From Raillietiella orientalis (Eukaryota): a stretch of 64,000 nucleotides of DNA. The stretch covers positions 9,734,001-9,798,000 of the forward strand of contig JAYWIR010000001.1 in the NCBI GenBank assembly GCA_036172245.1. The letters are read 5' to 3'. The first letter of the stretch is position 1. Every line of letters starts with the position of its first letter. The notes under the pieces were generated by a model. The model saw only the letters and a list, made by a program, of their open reading frames with translations, was not told the DNA's origin and did not search any database. The translations under genes were made by a program, and so were the position numbers. Positions 48,501-60,726 of the stretch are shown here, piece after piece.

Positions 48501-51500
48501 GAGCGAGAGAGAGAGCGCGGGAGAGCGGTTGTCGCACCATTCCGGGCGCGCCGACGCGTTCCGCACCCGCGCCGCGGCAGGCTCGCCACTGCTACCTCCT
48601 GGCGGCGTTTCCGGTAAGCCAGCGAGGAGGCAGCCGGCATCTTCGGTTTCGACTCCTCGCTCCCTGCCTTCCCCCGCCTCCTCTCCCCACCCCTCCGCTC
48701 GTTCTGAATCGACGGCGAGGAGAGCCGGACGCGTCCCCGCGGAAATGGCGACGGACCCGGCCGAAAGACGGGAGAACGCCGGATGCAGCCACAAATCATC
48801 CCGGCTTTTCCAGAGCTTTCCGGAGATGATCCGCAGGCGCGAGAGCGCGCGGGGGAGCGGCGGGTGTCGCCGCTGCCATCACAGGGGGGGTGGGGGGTGG
48901 GGGAAGAAACGTCCGTTTTCCGTCACGGATTCGGGGAAAGCGCCCCCTCTTTGTCCCGTTGCCTGGGCAACAACGACTCCCGGAGCGTTCCCATCCGGCG
49001 CTGCTGCAGAGCCAAGAGCGAGGGTGGTGAGCTGGCCGCCGCTCACCACCAGAGATCGGTCGGGCTGGGACCCCGACGGGCGCCGGGATGGCTCGCGCCC
49101 TCTCCATCCGGTTGCAGCTAAGGGGCGTCCTGGAAACGCTCTGGGAACGGACGTCATGCGGCCTTTCCGCGGGCGCTGCGCCAGCAACGCAGAGCTGCTT
49201 TTCTCGCGCGAGGGCGCCATGATGACGGCGGCGCCCTCTCGGCGGCGCCTGCCGAGCTTCCCGAGTCGAAAAAAGCGGGACTTTCGCGGATCCGAGTCGT
49301 GCCCCCACCCCACCCCCACAAGAACGGCGGCTGCTCGGGGAGCCTCCCCGATCTTGGGAGCTCCCGGGGAATAGAGTGCTGCCGTAGGACGGCTCCGGAG
49401 GGCGACCCAGAAGGTAGCCAGAGTGAGAAGCGTGAGAAGCCCGTCGAGGGAGTCCCCGGAAAGCAGATGGAGGGGTCTGCGCCCGCGATCCCGAAAATTC
49501 ACGGCCCCGGAACTCTCGAGGCGAAGACTTGACCTCTGTGAGCTAAGCGGTGGGTGGGGAGTAGCCCCTCTTGACTTGGGAGGTCCTGCGCGCTGCTCTT
49601 CCTCCGCGCCAGGCTGGGGGTCGTCCCCGCCCCGGCGGGACCGCAGGAGATTCCTGGAGGATGGCGGTGGCGTCTCCACGCCCCGAAATTCCCGAGCCGC
49701 CCTGTCCGTCTTCCCAGATCGGCTGCATGCGCGCCGCTGCTCCTCCGGATGCTGCATCTTTATCCTTGTTCCTGCGGAGCCGCTCCGCGTCGTTGCTCCC
49801 GAGGGCGAGGCGATCCCGCAGGGACGGCGCGCGGACGCGAGATGGCGCTCGCAGTCGTAGCCGCCACGTCTCCCCTGCCTCTTCCTCAGGGATGCGCGAG
49901 AGGCAGCGGCAGTTTCCCTGGAGAAAGACCGACGGACTTCCGGGAAGGGGTCAAGGTGTTCGCCAGACCGAGGATTCTCCCCAGATCTTGGCAGCATGGC
50001 AACGGGAAGGCAGGAGAGGAGATTTTTTTTTCCTCTCTTTCCCCCCTTCCCACTTCTCCGTTGCCGTGGAGACGAGCGAAATTTCCACGGGATCCTCTCC
50101 GCTGTCACTCCCGCGAACGACCCCTTCTGACAGGCGGAGGCATTGAAGGATTCCTGTGACCCCGGAGCTCGGCAGATGGTCTTTTGACCTGGACCTAGAG
50201 GGGGCGAGGGGTCGGCTTTCAGAACCCTGGATCGCGGGGGCGGAAGCCACCCGGGGAAGGTATCAGGGGATGGAGACGCTGGGGGAGAGGAGCGTCCAGC
50301 CCGCGGCGGAGGGTGGCGCTAACCTCCTCCCTTCGGCACTGGTTCGGCGGTTCCCCGCTGGAGGGAACGCAGCGCCACCTTCCGTTCGCTGCTGCCCGCG
50401 GGCCGCAGAGGCGAGCGGAAGCCGCGAGAGGGGGGAGATGTCCCTCCCTCCCTCAGGCGAATCGCCGTCCGCCCTGTCCGTCCTTCCGGGGGTCGCGGCT
50501 TGTGAGGTGTTCGGGGACAGCCGCTCGTTCGCCTCGTCCGCGCCCACACCCCGGGGTCCCGGGCGCGAAGATTCGGGGAACGGCCGCCGCAGGGTGCGCC
50601 CCACTGCCTCCGTGCACCTCGCTCAAGGAGTGGCCAGGAATGAAGGGCGGGAGCCGCGGGGGAACTGCGACCTCCGGGTACTCGGGAGACGTCGCACGCG
50701 GGCCACGAGGTCGTGGGAACCCGCAGGGGAAGGAGGAAGTCTCGCTGCCTTCACAAGTGACATTCGGAGGGGAGCAGCGCGGGTTTCACCTGGACTCGGC
50801 GGGAGCGCGAGGAGTAGGAGGGAGGGAAGGGAGAGGAAGCTTCCCCTCTTTTTCCCTCGGACTTCCTCCCTGAGGACCCGCTCCCTCCCAGAGTCGTTGG
50901 AGGCACGAGCATCCTCTTCTCGGTCCATCCCTGGTTGCCATGAACACGCCTTCTTCCCCCCCTCACCTGCCTGGGACCAGGCAGGAGTCCCGTCGAAACC
51001 TTGACCTCCGGAGGAGTGCAGAAGGCAGCGGGACTCCATGCGGAAGAGCTCGCCGTCGACGTACGAAGGGAACCCCCGGGTCCGCGGTGGTGGCTCTGCG
51101 CCCCTCCGGCGACGAGCGTCTTCCCTCCTCCCCACCTCGTCGCCGCCCCGTGCGCCGCAGCTTCCCCTCGGTCGGTTCGGCTCGCCCAGTCCTTCTCGAC
51201 CCGTGGCGCCTGCTGCCGCCTCCAGCCCCTTCCCCGACGTGCTCGCTGCAGCAGCAGCGGCGGGGGCGGCCGCTTGCCTCTTATGCATCCACACCCCGGA
51301 GGGGAGGGGGAGGAAAGGTCAATGCACGCGCAGGAACTTTGGAGAACCACCGCCGTGGGGCGGCCCGCTGCCGCTGCCCGACTCTCCCCCACCCTAGGCG
51401 TGGCGGCGGTCGCTCCGAGGTGGTACAGCAGCCGGGAGAATGCGCGGCGGCTGAAGCGTACCAGCGCGGCCGGAGGACGTGTCCATGGCTACCTCCCCAG

Positions 51501-54500
51501 CAGTTCCTTCCAATCGGGAGCGCTCGATCTATGCCCTTTCCCTTGCTCTCTTCCACCCGCCGGATCAGCCCGCGATCTTCCAGTGACTTAGCAGATCGCC
51601 CCCTGCAGAGGAAGACTGAGTGCAGTGGACCGAGCTGCGTCCGGAAAGAGCGATGCCGTGATGGTCGCTGCCTCCCGTCCGGTCCAACACTTTCGCGCCA
51701 TCCCTTCCCCTCCGCCTCTTGGGACTGACCGACGTCGAGGAGGCTGGACTGGGCACCTCATCTGAGGGACCACCCCTTCGGGCTGGGGGGTACTCTGTCG
51801 AAGCTGCTCCTCCTCGCGTGACCTCGTCCAGAAAGAGCTCCGGGAGCCGCGACGGGGGAGACTCTTCCTCGCCTTGCGACCCCGCCGAGCGGTCTTTTTG
51901 GCCGCTCTCAAGCCGCCCCGCCCTCCCGGACGCTGCACGCTGCCGGTCGCGGGAACACGCAATAACAGAGAGCCCCTGAGGAGATCCCTCGGACCTCCCG
52001 AGGAAGTGCGGGGGCGGCTTCCCTACCCTTCAAGTAGCCACGCTCCGAGGTCGCCCCCGAACAAGGCGATCCTGAGGCGACATTCTCAGACCAAGGAGTC
52101 TGGGGGATCTCTTCGGCGCCCGAGGAGACGCCGCTAACTCTCAACTCGCCCCCTCCACGACCGCCGCCGTTCCATGGGGACTCCTCAAAGTTCCTTCGGG
52201 GGCTCCAGCGTCCTCGGAGGATGGCTCCGGCCTCCCTGTTGGAGCAGACTGCCCTTTGTCCATACCCCGGCCGAAGGGTATGGACAGCCCTCCTGCCGGC
52301 CCGCGAGCGCCACGAGCCGGACCCGACTGCCGCCCGAGAGAGGGGTTACGCGCGCGAGCTCCCAAGATAAGGATCGGTGTCTTCTTTCGAATGGCTCGAA
52401 CCGGGCCCTCGGGTGTAGGTAGACGAACGGGCAGGCGCCGGACGGTGGCAACTGCGTCCGCCATGCGCGACCCGCAGCCTCCCAGCTTTTACGACCCCTG
52501 AGTGAGCCGTCAACAGCTCCCGTGGGCAGCGGCGCGCCCGCCCGTCTCCGCGGAGACACCCACGGCGTTCTCGCGGGCTCTCAGAGGGTCGCAGTAACAG
52601 CCTGGGGCGGCGGTCTGCGGTTCCCCACCTCCTCCTCCCCCTCTTCGGACCGCGGCGGGCGCACCGCGGGTAAGTGGCGGCCCGCAGAACGCCCCGGAGG
52701 AAGGGGGAGAGAAAGGAGTGACGGCCGCCGCCGTCCTGGAGGAAGGGAGCGGGCAGGGGAGGCCACCGCGGTCGGAGGGGGCAGGAGAGACCCCGGCAAC
52801 GGCCGCCGTTCGAACCGCCGCCGCCTCGTAGCGACGAAACAACTCCTGGGAGTCGACGTTCGTCCAGGCGACGGGGGAAAGGGGAGGTCGCCACGAAGAA
52901 GACACTCTGCCACCCGCTTCCCCCCTTACTCCTCCCCCCTTCCCAACATTCCTCCGCAGGCGTCACGCACATCACGTTCGGATGCGCAGAGACGCCTAGA
53001 GAAGGCGGCGAGGAGCGAGGCTGTCCTCACCCGCATGCCGTGACCCCGGCAACATCGAGAGCTACTGCAGGATCCGTACGCCAAACCGGAACCACCGTAT
53101 GCGGTGGATCCGACGGGCGTCCAGGTCCCCCGGGAAGGATGGGACAAGGAGTCTCCAGCGCACGACCCCGCCCCAGGAGACGCCACGACGGGACTTCTCG
53201 ACGCTTCCGCGTGAACACCTCGTTCTTCTTCCCTCCACTTCCCTTTCTTACGCTTCCCGGCTCTCGCGGAAACCACTCTCGCGCCACGCCAGCTCCGCGG
53301 CCACGACCTGGGCCGGGACGGGCTCAGCCGCAGGCGTGCGCGCACGTCTGTCAGCTCACGGCAACCCCTGCATCCGGAGATCTCGGGTTCCCGTGTCGGC
53401 CTGCGGAAGGAACGGCGGATTTCCAGGACGATTCGTCGTCCCCCAGGGAACCTCACTGCTCTCCCGAATGCTTCCCGCAAAAACTCTCCCTCCAGCTGGG
53501 AGAGACCTCCCTCCCTCCCTCGGCGGCGAAAGATGCAGCCGCCGCGGATTGTGCGACGCGCGCGCGGAGCTCCTGTCCCGGCAGCGGCGAAACCGCCCCA
53601 CCTGAGAGAGACGGGGGAGCCGGCACGCATGCGGAGGAGCGTGCGTGGTGCCTCCCGGCCTTCCATCATTCTCTGGTTCCCGGCGACGGGGGGTTGCGCC
53701 TCGTCCCTCTCTAGAGGAGTGAGACCTGGAAACCCTGCCCTGCCCTGCCTACAGGGTTCTGTCCGGCTCCGCACGCGATGCGCCAGCGCGAGACTGCTGT
53801 TCCTTGCGGCCAACGACACAGGAGGATTGTGAGTCTGGGTTCCGGGAGCGACCGCCTCCTCCCGCAATGAAAAGTCATCCTCTTCGCTCTCCCCTTCCGG
53901 AACTTGCGTTCTCTCCCTTCCAGCAGGAAGAAGGAAGCGACGGGACTCCTCCTCTCCGCGAGCAAAGTCGTCTCCTGCTCTCGCTTCTCCTACTCAAGAA
54001 GGGCAGCCGGAGGATTCCGCCGAAGGCGCCGCCGCGCCCCGCGAGGAGGCCACCTTCCCTGCGGAGGGCCCAGGAGGGTGGCGTCCCTCGCCCTGCCTCC
54101 GAGGTTCCCGCGAAAAGAGCGCCATTAGATTTTATGGCCTCCGAGGGATCAGGGAGCGGACTGCTGCCACTCACGGGGTATTTCCGGGAGGAACGGGAAG
54201 CGAAGAAAAGGAGGCTGGTCGTAACGGAGGCTATTCCTGCCGCATCATCCACGGGGGACCCCTCGCCTACGGGCGAGGGAGAACCGCGCTGATTGCGGAG
54301 CGTGGGGACGGGGGAGGAGCGAATCCGACGGGAGGGCGGCCAGCCGACTGTCGGGGTCGCCTGGCGCACGGAACTGCTGCTGCCTCCTCAGCAGAGGGAG
54401 GAGCGGGAAAAGGGGGGGCGCGTCGTTGCCTCGGGAACCGGAAGCTCGGCTTCCCGGACCGGGGGGCTTCTGTCCGAGGGGGGGCACCTTCCACCATCAC

Positions 54501-54879
54501 CCCACCCCTTTCTGTCTCGCCCGACTTCTCCTTCCCCGTGGATCAAAAGAAGGAGCGGCGCTCCGACGACGAGGACCGCGGTCATCGCCGGCTTCTCGCT
54601 GGCGCCACAGCTACGAGGCGCGCCCTCCGCCTGATAGGGGCTTGCCCTCGAGGCTTATGGCAAAGCGGTCTGCCAGGGAACGGGGTCTGGAAGTGAGTGC
54701 ATGGTAAGAGTAAGGGGATTTTTGGTGCTTCTTCTCGCGTCTCCTTTAGCAGGACAGACTCCCCCGTAGGGCACCGGAGCAGGACGCTGCCGCCACCTGG
54801 GACGCGAACGGGCATGGCTCCCGGAGTCCCGGGGACGGAGGGAGGTGCAGAGGAAGACGAAGGCCTCCCTCCTTTCGCC

Positions 54880-55036
54880 AATGTCACCGAGGACCTCCGG
54901 CGCGCCGGTCGGCCCCCCGCAGGCCACAGAGAGACGACGCGTCTCTCGGCAGCGGCCTCACAGTCCGAGGGACGTTTCCGTGGGTCTCCCGAAGGTGGGC
55001 CCGGACGGAGGGGCTGCAAGCGTGGGTTTGCTTGAG
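54880..55036 (+). repeat. Diverged direct repeat, partner at about 56660-56822
   Basis: Shared blocks gagacgaYgcgtctctcggcag, cgtttccgYggg, cccgaRgg and cggacggagg. Confidence 0.75.
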
Positions 55037-55789
55037 TTCCCACGGCCCATCGTGCACTGCGGAGAGCTGCTGCCCCCGCGACGGACGCATGCGAGTGGCA
55101 CTCCCCCCCTTTAGCGTCCCCCCAGTTCCCCGCCGACCCCGCTTCTCCCGAAGGACTTTCCTGCAGATCTTTCCGGGAGAGGGAATGCGGCCGCTCTCGT
55201 CTCCCCAACCCTTTTGGAGAGCTCAAAGGAAGGAGGAGAAGGGACCAGGGCAGGAGTCACTACCAGGTGGAGGCGTCCCTTCCCCGCGCAGCGGCTTCCG
55301 CACGGCGGTTCTCGGCGCAGCTGGGAGGGCTCCCCGGGGCTCGTGGAGCGACTCGCAGGGAGGGAGGGGCACTCCCAAGGGGAGGGGCATCCGGAGCCCA
55401 ACCCTTCCATATCATCGGCCGCCTCTCCTCCTCCTCCGGCTCTTCTTTTCCACAACAGCGATGGAGACCTCCGGACCTCTGAGGGAGCTCTGAGGGGGAG
55501 CAGCGGTCCGAGAGGAGGAGAGAAAGAGCGACGGGTGCTGCCGCCTGGAGCCGGAAGAGCACGAGGTGGCGCCACCGCGGCTGTCAGGCAGAGACAGGGT
55601 TCTGGAGACGGCGTGTGCCGGAGGAAGGGACCCGGTTGGAGTGAGTGGGAGAGGAGGAAGAGGCGCGTGTCAGTAGCTCGAGCGGGAGCGAATGTGCAAG
55701 GTCAGGGGAAGACCACCCGGTAGCATCTCGCCACCGGCTCTTCTTGGGAGGGCAGCAGGTTCCGGTGGCCTCCGGATCGCTGGCAAGGA

Positions 55790-55900
55790 GGGAGATCAGG
55801 ATATCGTCCCGCAGCATTGGGTTCCCAATGAAGGTCCCTAAAGAGGGTGGAGGAATTCCTCCTGGGCACACCGGGAAGCTCATTTGATAAAAAGAAACAT
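55790..55900 (-). mobile_element. L2-like LINE ORF2 C-terminal remnant
   Basis: STLFRDLHWEPNAAGRY resembles the L2-type TP.L..LHWLP...RI motif. Confidence 0.4.
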
Positions 55901-56049
55901 CCACAATTTTCGTGTGGTAGGACAGGTGGTGCAACCACGTCCGTTTCGAAGGGAGCCTGCCGGGTTGCAAGTGCGCAGACCGGTGGGGTTCTTCCAGAGG
56001 GGAGGGGTAGAACAAAAAGAAAAAAGAAACGAAAATAAGAAATAAAATA

Positions 56050-56400
56050 GGTGAGGTTTGAGTGGGTGCAGGAAGGGGTCACGTCCTGCTGGAGTCGGTC
56101 CTCTGCATCCTTTGGAGGATGTCGGCAAGCTCTTGCTGAACACAATTCTTCAGGTGGGGTCATCTCGTTGCCATCCTCATGAATCGGGAGGCAGAGAGGA
56201 TGTGGCACCCCTATCACTCCGTCCTCCCCTTGAGTCTCTTCAGGCAGCGACGACGAACTCGCGTTGGCAGCAGAGGGCTGCTGACGATGCTACAGAGGCC
56301 CAAGGGCGGGGCGAAGGAGGAGGGGTTTCAGGGAATATCTGGAGTTGCCTCTGGGGGTCCTCAGGGTCGTGGCGAAGTGTTCCTAGAGGGGCTGGAGGAC
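56050..56400 (+). mobile_element. Decayed LINE RT fragment
   Basis: Co-linear motifs SGCRKGS (GFRKGRS), VAILMNREAERMWH (A..LD..KAFD.VWH) and GISGVASGGPQG (SGVPQG). Confidence 0.55.
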
Positions 56401-57514
56401 AACACGATTTCACAGGCAGGTGCGGGAGGGATTCGCTCTTCCCGCACCTGCCACAGTTGGGGTCCACACACACACCATATCCAGTGATGCCGGAGGGCGT
56501 TGCACGGGAGACCTCAGTGCAGCAGCATCAACGCCGACTCCTTCCACTTCAGGAGGGAGGGACGGCTATCCAAGAGCACGGGAGGTGTCACTACAAGGCC
56601 TCCTCAGGAATACCCAGTAGCTCTCCCCGGCTCAAAAGTCCTCGTAGGGGAGCACTCGAGGTCACAACGAAGCTCCCCGGAGGCCCCTGCGTGGCTCCCC
56701 GCAGACCCCGGAGGGGAGACGATGCGTCTCTCGGCAGAGGCGCTACGGCCCGGGGGGCGTTTCCGCGGGCTTCCCGAGGGCGGACTCGGACGGAGGAGCG
56801 ACGGGCGCAGGTTCGCCTGTGAGAGTACACGCGCTCGAAAGCAAACAGACACTGTGACCCGGGATTACTTGCCGGCCCCTTCCTGACTTCTCCTTTCCTA
56901 GACAGGGAAGACGGGATCCCACGGCCCGCCGGGCGCCGTGCCCTTCCCGGTGTACATGGACGTGGGGCGGCACGAAGCAAGTTCCCTAGGGAAGCCGCAC
57001 GGAGGTGGACTTCTGAGGGCCAGGCGTAGACGCTCCGCGCTCTCCCCGGAAGAAGCCGTTCGGATGGAGCACCTCTGACCTCTGGTCAAAGTGAGGAGCG
57101 GTTGCTGAGTCCCGGAAGTACCCCAGAGCAGTCCCCGCTGGTCTCCGGGGCGACCCGCGAGTCGGACGCGTCGTTCGTGTGAAGGGAGAACAGGAGAGGG
57201 TGGTCCCGCCATTTTTCTCTCCCCGTCGCCCTACCGCATCGCGAGTCCAGGGTCGCTCCCTCATCTTTCTCCTGTTTCCGCACTCCCAGAAAGGACGGGA
57301 CGGACGGGAGGGAGAGAGGGGAAGTCTCGCCGCCGTTGGAAGTCTTTCCGCCCGCGTTCCGGGTTCCTGACAGAAGGCTGCAACGCAAACAGAAGACACG
57401 CTGTCAATAGGGCCGGAGGAGAGCGCGTGCCAACCCCTCCGGCGGAGATAGAATCGCCCGCGGTTCGCAACAACAATAACAATAACAACCACAGAAGAAA
57501 CAAAGAAAAGAAAA

Positions 57515-57760
57515 AAAGGTCATCCGGCAATCATCCATGAGATCTGACGAACGCTAGGAGAGCTGGACTCACGTCTGACCTCCAATAGCTATCCAGGAGC
57601 CACCCAACGCTCTCCCGTGATCCAGAAGCCACCCACAGACAGGGACTAGTGCGCTTCCTGGGACGTGCAGGGGGGAAGGAGGCAACGATGCTCCACGCAC
57701 GCGGCACACGCGCGTGCGCGATGCCTCTACCGTTCGCGCTTGTGATGGATGACGCCTCAT
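57515..57760 (-). mobile_element. Decayed LINE RT fragment
   Basis: RTRVCRVRGAS...HVPGSALVP resembles R.Q.V.V.G..S...GVPQGS.LGP. Downstream LPDDL resembles FADD. Confidence 0.35.
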
Positions 57761-58249
57761 CGATCAAACCTTCACGTCGAAACCGCCCCGGGTGCCTGGC
57801 AGCAGCAATGGTTCCCTCCCTTTGGCAATTGGCAGCAGGCGGACGCAGAGAACTCGGAAGTTCGCGGAAGGAGTGGGTGGGACGAGTGGATTGGAGGGGG
57901 GGGGGGAGGAAGAAGAGTCCCCGCTTGCGGAAGGAGACGTCAGGGAACGCTCCAACAAACCGCCTCCGGCACCGGCGGCGCCCGTGACCTCCTTGGTTCA
58001 GGCTGGGCGCCGCTTCGGCTTTCTCGAGCGGTCCGCGCAGCGACACTGCGCCCATCCCTTTAGTCAAGAGCCCTTCCGCGACCACCGGCGTTCGCTGCTG
58101 CGACCCAGATGCATTCCTGCTCGCTCCCGGCTGCTGATGCTTCTCGCAAGCAGCTATTGAAGTCATTTTTCATCAGAGTGAAAAATGACCTTTCTCACTA
58201 CCTGAGCATGCCCGTTCCTGGTGGCCATAGAGACGAACGCATCGATGTA

Positions 58250-58450
58250 ATGTTTGGCGATGACAGCAGTAACAATGGTACCGATAACAGCGAAGGTAGC
58301 TGACAATGAAAGCAACAATAACTAGAATGACTGACAACAGAAACGGAAGTGAATGTAAAGGTAACGATCACAAAGGAACAAGCGCAACAATGATGATAAT
58401 CGCCGTCGTCAGCAACAACGGCGAAAGCAAGAACGGTGATAATGATGGGA
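58250..58450 (+). repeat. Degenerate (AAC/AAT/GAT)n trinucleotide low-complexity tract
   Basis: Read directly. Confidence 0.6.
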
Positions 58451-58859
58451 AACTTCTAGACGAACGCGCTTACACTCACAGTCGGCCGGCTTCATGCCGG
58501 TGGGAGGGAAAAGTCTGTTGCTTCAAGGGACCGACAGCGAAAACAAAAAACTCCTTCCAGGCTGTTTTGAAGAATAATTGCAGCGAAAGCCTCCCATTTA
58601 GAAGGAAAGAGGAGGTTGACGCAGGTGCTTAGCGGGTGAGCGGAAAGCTGCGTTCTCAGAGTGACGAACATGTGTCCGAGGAAGCAGCAAATAATTATAA
58701 CTCGCCCTCGCGGTGGTGTTCTGCGAAGCTGATGGGCTCGTGAGCAGCCACGAGAGCCAGAAGCCAGAAGATACTGGTGGGAGCTGAGCTAAGGGAAAGC
58801 TAGCGCCGAAGGGGAGAGAGGGGAACTGGAATGGCGGCGTTTCTCAGCAACGCAGCAGC

Positions 58860-59560
58860 GATGCGCTGTATCGGAGAGCTTCAAGGAGAGTTCCAAGAGA
58901 CGCCACGAAGACCTTGATCAGAAGTGAGAAAAGAGCAGAGGAACGAATTTTCAAAACGAAAACTTCGAAAAAACAAAAAAAGAGTCCAGAGATATTTCCT
59001 CGAGAGAACAAGTCTGGTAAAGGAAAACCTTCAGCTGGAAGGCAGCGAGCGTAAGTACCGTTCGAGGATGGAGGGGGATCCCAGTCAGCAGAGCACGAAG
59101 AGCATCGAGTACATCCGTTCCCTAAGGGCTGCCTACATGCAGGACGAAATGTCGCTGCTGCTCGGAATGAATCAGGGGGACACACCCATTCGATTGTTGT
59201 CCGATGTCAGTATCCCCTACTGTCTCTCCAGCCTCCCACTTTCTTGCATCCGGACCACACATCGTAGACCAAGCAGTTGAACAGTTGGGTTCCACGTCAA
59301 TGGAAAGGCTTTCCATGTGGAGGATGAAAGGAGCAGAGGGCGGGATGTCGAAGAGAGGTGGCACCAATATCAAGCAGCAAAGAAGGAAAGGGACGACAAC
59401 GGCGAAGAAAGCCACATAGGAAGGCATTTCCGCTATGATTTCTAGAAACGAGCAGCTGCGGTAGAGCTGAAGAAAACGAGTTGACCCCATCTGCAGAAAA
59501 GATGGCTGCGGAGGTGCAGCGGTAGGCATTCTCTCCATTAGCTCGGACAGGCGCATTGCA
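58860..59560 (+). mobile_element. R2-like retrotransposon C-terminal remnant (thumb to zinc knuckle)
   Basis: DALYRRASRRVPRDATKTLIRSEKRAEE resembles D..IR..VR.WL.LP.DT....H....GGLG. Downstream DPICRKDGCG resembles the CRxxGC start of the R2 CCHC knuckle. Stops and frameshifts are present. Confidence 0.5.
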
Positions 59561-60680
59561 GCGCGGACGGGAGTTGTAGGAGCGTTCTCCCAGCTGTCCA
59601 GAACACCCGTTCCTGGAAACTCGATGCAGTCCCGAACGCCACGTGACAGGAGGCGTTCCCTGTTCCGAAGGGCTGCATGTAGGTCTTCTGTTTCCGCTTT
59701 TTCCCACACATCAGCTCCCTCTCCCTGGCTCTTCCTTTCAGGAACGGGATGCGAGCGTAAAGGTCGCCGGAGGAAATCGACGTGCAAGGGATGCAGAACT
59801 CCTCACCCACCCATCCCCCTTCCTGCTCCTCCTAGAGGGGCAAACCAATCAGAAAGGGAGCGACGAAAATCGGCTTTTTTTTCTTGTGCTGGCAGTCAGG
59901 CGCCTCGTCCCTAACCAAACCCCGTCTGACGGGAAGGTTAATCCTGGGTCACAGTGTCTGTTTGCTTTCGAGCGCGTGTACTCTGTCACCCTTCTTCTTC
60001 CAGCCCTGTGCCGCATCCATCTCCTGCGGGCACTTCGGCTTCCATTGGGACCCCTCCTGCCTTCTGCTTTCCTAGGCAGGGAATACTCAGGACGAGGAGA
60101 GAGCTGTGGACGCTGCCGGATTCTCTTCTCCAGAACACATCCTGAACTCCTCGATCGAGTGTGGGAGTGATCGAGCTTCTCTTTCTCTTGTCTTGCTGAC
60201 GTCCTTCGCTGGATGGATTACCCTTGCCGCTCTTGGCCTCCTCCCTTAGTGCATATCCCAGGACTCGATAAGGAAAAGAGAGAGAGAGAGAGGGACACCT
60301 TTTGGCTACAGGCGTTTTGCGTGGAGGTCGTCCGGGTTCATGAAGTCAGCAGGGGTCACCTGGCCCTGAGTCCGAGGGCGTAACCAGCCTAGCGGCGTGG
60401 TCGGAAAGGGAGGAAAGAAGGGAGCGGACGCATCTTATCCGCTGGACAGACTGCGGGAGATGCGGAGATGCCGCCGCCGCCGCAGCTCGCCTCCTGCGAG
60501 ACACGTGTCCGCCCATTGCAAGGGCGTTGGGAAAGGGTGAGGAGGGGGCAGGGACAAAGAGCTTCCCCAGCCTCTGATTCCTCCGTATCAGGGCGAGTCG
60601 AAGAGAAGGAGGCGACGGAGCGAAAGGCGACGCTCTCTTTTCGTTCTCCGCCTCAAAGCAGAGACCCTCCGCCTCCATTT

Positions 60681-60726
60681 TTGTGTGTGTGCGCGCGCGC
60701 GCGTGTGTGTGTGTTTGTGTGTGTGT
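60681..60726. repeat. (TG)n/(CG)n dinucleotide microsatellite
   Basis: Read directly. Confidence 0.9.

Larger units (their letters stand above)
56828..59978. mobile_element. Candidate non-autonomous DNA transposon with 40-bp TIRs and TA flanks (Tc1/mariner-like)
   Basis: CACGCGCTCGAAAGCAAACAGACACTGTGACCCGGGATTA (56828-56867) matches the reverse complement of 59939-59978 at 39/40 positions. Both ends are flanked by TA. No transposase is seen inside. Confidence 0.65.
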
